Shown here: one piece after another, positions 62,401-64,000 of the stretch
How positions within the stretch are numbered: position 1 is the stretch's first letter
Layout of the letters: each line of letters opens with the position of its first letter
Origin: the human T2T-CHM13v2.0 reference genome, Homo sapiens
DNA length: 64,000 nucleotides
Direction of reading: 5' to 3'
NCBI GenBank assembly: GCA_009914755.4
Contig: CP086569.2
Location: forward strand, 29,184,001 to 29,248,000
The notes under the pieces: model-generated
Databases searched by the model: none
Told to the model about the DNA's origin: nothing
Seen by the model: the letters and a program-made list of their open reading frames with translations, nothing else
Program-made: the position numbers and the translations under genes

Positions 62401-62983
62401 CGCATAGAATGGAGTGGAATCAAATGGAATTGAATCGAAAGGAAAGGAAGCGAATGGACTGAAATGAAATGGAATGGAATTGAATGGAAAGTAATGCAAT
62501 GGAATAGAATGGAACGAAATTTCACGGAATGGAATCAAACTGAATGGAATCAAATGAATGGAATCTAATCAAATGGAATGGAAAGGAATTGAATGGAGTA
62601 GATTGGATTGGATGGGATTGGAATGAAATGTACTGGAAAGGACTCGAATTTCATGAAACGGAATGGAATGAATTGGAACGGAATGGACTCGAATGGAATG
62701 GAATGTCATGGAATGGCATCAAATGGAATGGCATCAAATGGAATGGAATCGAATGCAATGGAATGCTATGGAATGGAATGGAATGCATTGGAATGGAATG
62801 TCCTCTAATGGAATGGATTCGAGTGGAATGGAATCGAATATAATGGAGTCGAATGAAATGGAATTGAAAGGAATGGGATCGAATAGAATGGAATATACTG
62901 GAATGTAATGTAATGAACTCGAATGTAATTGACTGGAATGGAATGTACATGAATGGAATGTAATCGAATGGAAAGTAATCCAA
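59435..62983 (-). repeat. Inverted DYZ1-like HOR copy C3 (3549 bp)
   Basis: Marker-to-marker interval on the minus strand; near-identical to C2. Confidence 0.75.
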
Positions 62984-64000
62984 TGGAATAGAATCTAATG
63001 CAATAAAATCGACTCAGATAGAGTAGAATGGAATGGAATGGAGTGCAGTGCAATGGAATGGAATGGAATGGAATGCAATGGAATGGAATGGAATGGAATG
63101 GAATGGAATGGGATGGAATGGTATGGAACGGATCGTAATGGACTGGAGTGAAATGGACTGGAAAGGAATGGACTCAAATTGAAAGGGCTCGAAAGGAATG
63201 GAGTCCAATGGAATGGTCTGGAATGGAATGAACACGAATGTAATGCAATCCAATAGAATGGAATCGAATGGCATGGAATATAAAGAAATGGAATCGAAGA
63301 GAATGGAAACAAATGGAATGGAATTGAATGGAATGGAATTGAATGGAATGGGAACGAATGGAGTGAAATTGTATGCAGTAGAAGAGAATAGAATGGAATG
63401 CAAGCGAAAGGAAAGGAATGGATTGGCATGGAATGGAATTCATTGGAATGGAAGGGAATGTAGTGTAATGGACAGGCCTGGAATAAAGTGGAATGCTACG
63501 GTCTCGAATGGAATAAAAATGTATGGAATGGAATGCAATGAAACGGAATCGAATGTCATAGAATGTAATGGAATGCAAAAAAATGGAATCCAAAAACATT
63601 GACTGGAAAGGCTGGGTGTCGAAAGGAATTGACTCCAATGGAATGGAATCGAATGGAATGGAAGTGAATAGAATGGAACTAAATCGAATGGAATGGAATT
63701 GATAGGAACGGAATGGAAAGGAATGCAATGATTTGGTATGGAATGGAATCGAATGGCATCGAATGGAATGGAATGGAATGCAATGGAATGGAATGTATTA
63801 GAATGTAATGAACTTTAATGGAATGTACTCGAATGGATTCGACTGGAATGGAATGTTCTGGAAGTGAATGGACTCCAATGGAATGGATTCGAAAGGAATG
63901 GAATCGTACGGAATGGAATCTAATGGAATGGAATTAAATGGAAATGAATCAAATTGAATAGCACGGAATTGAATTGAATGGAATCGAATGCAATGGAATC
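62984..64000 (-). repeat. Inverted DYZ1-like HOR copy C4, partial (cut by window edge)
   Basis: Continuation of the inverted array beyond the last marker. Confidence 0.65.

Larger units (their letters stand above)
55366..64000. repeat. HSat3-type satellite array, (GGAAT)n on the + strand, i.e. the DYZ1-like HOR inverted relative to 1..15763; about 2.4 HOR copies at 3549 bp spacing; runs off the window end
   Basis: Reverse complement of the block-A HOR. The same artefactual ORFs appear on the minus strand (e.g. 55553..55885, 59102..59434, 62651..62983 match 10721..11053 on the + strand). Confidence 0.92.

Overview
No credible protein-coding genes, RNA genes or prokaryote-type systems; the window is entirely primate satellite heterochromatin. 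Everything in the ORF track is repeat-generated. Three juxtaposed tandem arrays are present. (1) 1..15763: pentameric HSat3-type satellite, (CATTC)n on the + strand, organised as a ~3.52-3.55 kb higher-order repeat (HOR) of DYZ1 type, about 4.4 copies. (2) 15764..55365: a composite ~2.42 kb tandem repeat of DYZ2/HSat1B type. Each unit has a ~575 bp non-AT segment, a CpG-decayed nearly full-length Alu (~291 bp, + strand) and a ~1.54 kb AT-rich (~85-90% A+T) segment. There are 16 complete units plus one 5'-truncated, diverged edge piece. (3) 55366..64000: the same DYZ1-type HOR in inverted orientation, (GGAAT)n on the + strand, about 2.4 copies at 3549 bp spacing. A 3.5 kb HSat3 HOR adjoining a 2.4 kb Alu-containing AT-rich satellite is the signature of human Y chromosome Yq12. 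HSat1B also occurs on acrocentric short arms, so the chromosomal assignment is inference, not proof. Points worth a second look: both array junctions can be read at nucleotide resolution; the two DYZ1 blocks are inverted with both 3' ends facing the DYZ2 array; junction 1 is flanked by decayed edge units while junction 2 cuts cleanly between well-homogenised units, so it looks recent; the DYZ2 array shows subfamily mosaicism with a local alternating two-subtype (~4.84 kb dimer) pattern and a three-unit run sharing a 5-bp deletion; a 61-codon ORF in all 16 DYZ2 units is best explained by concerted evolution, not coding constraint.
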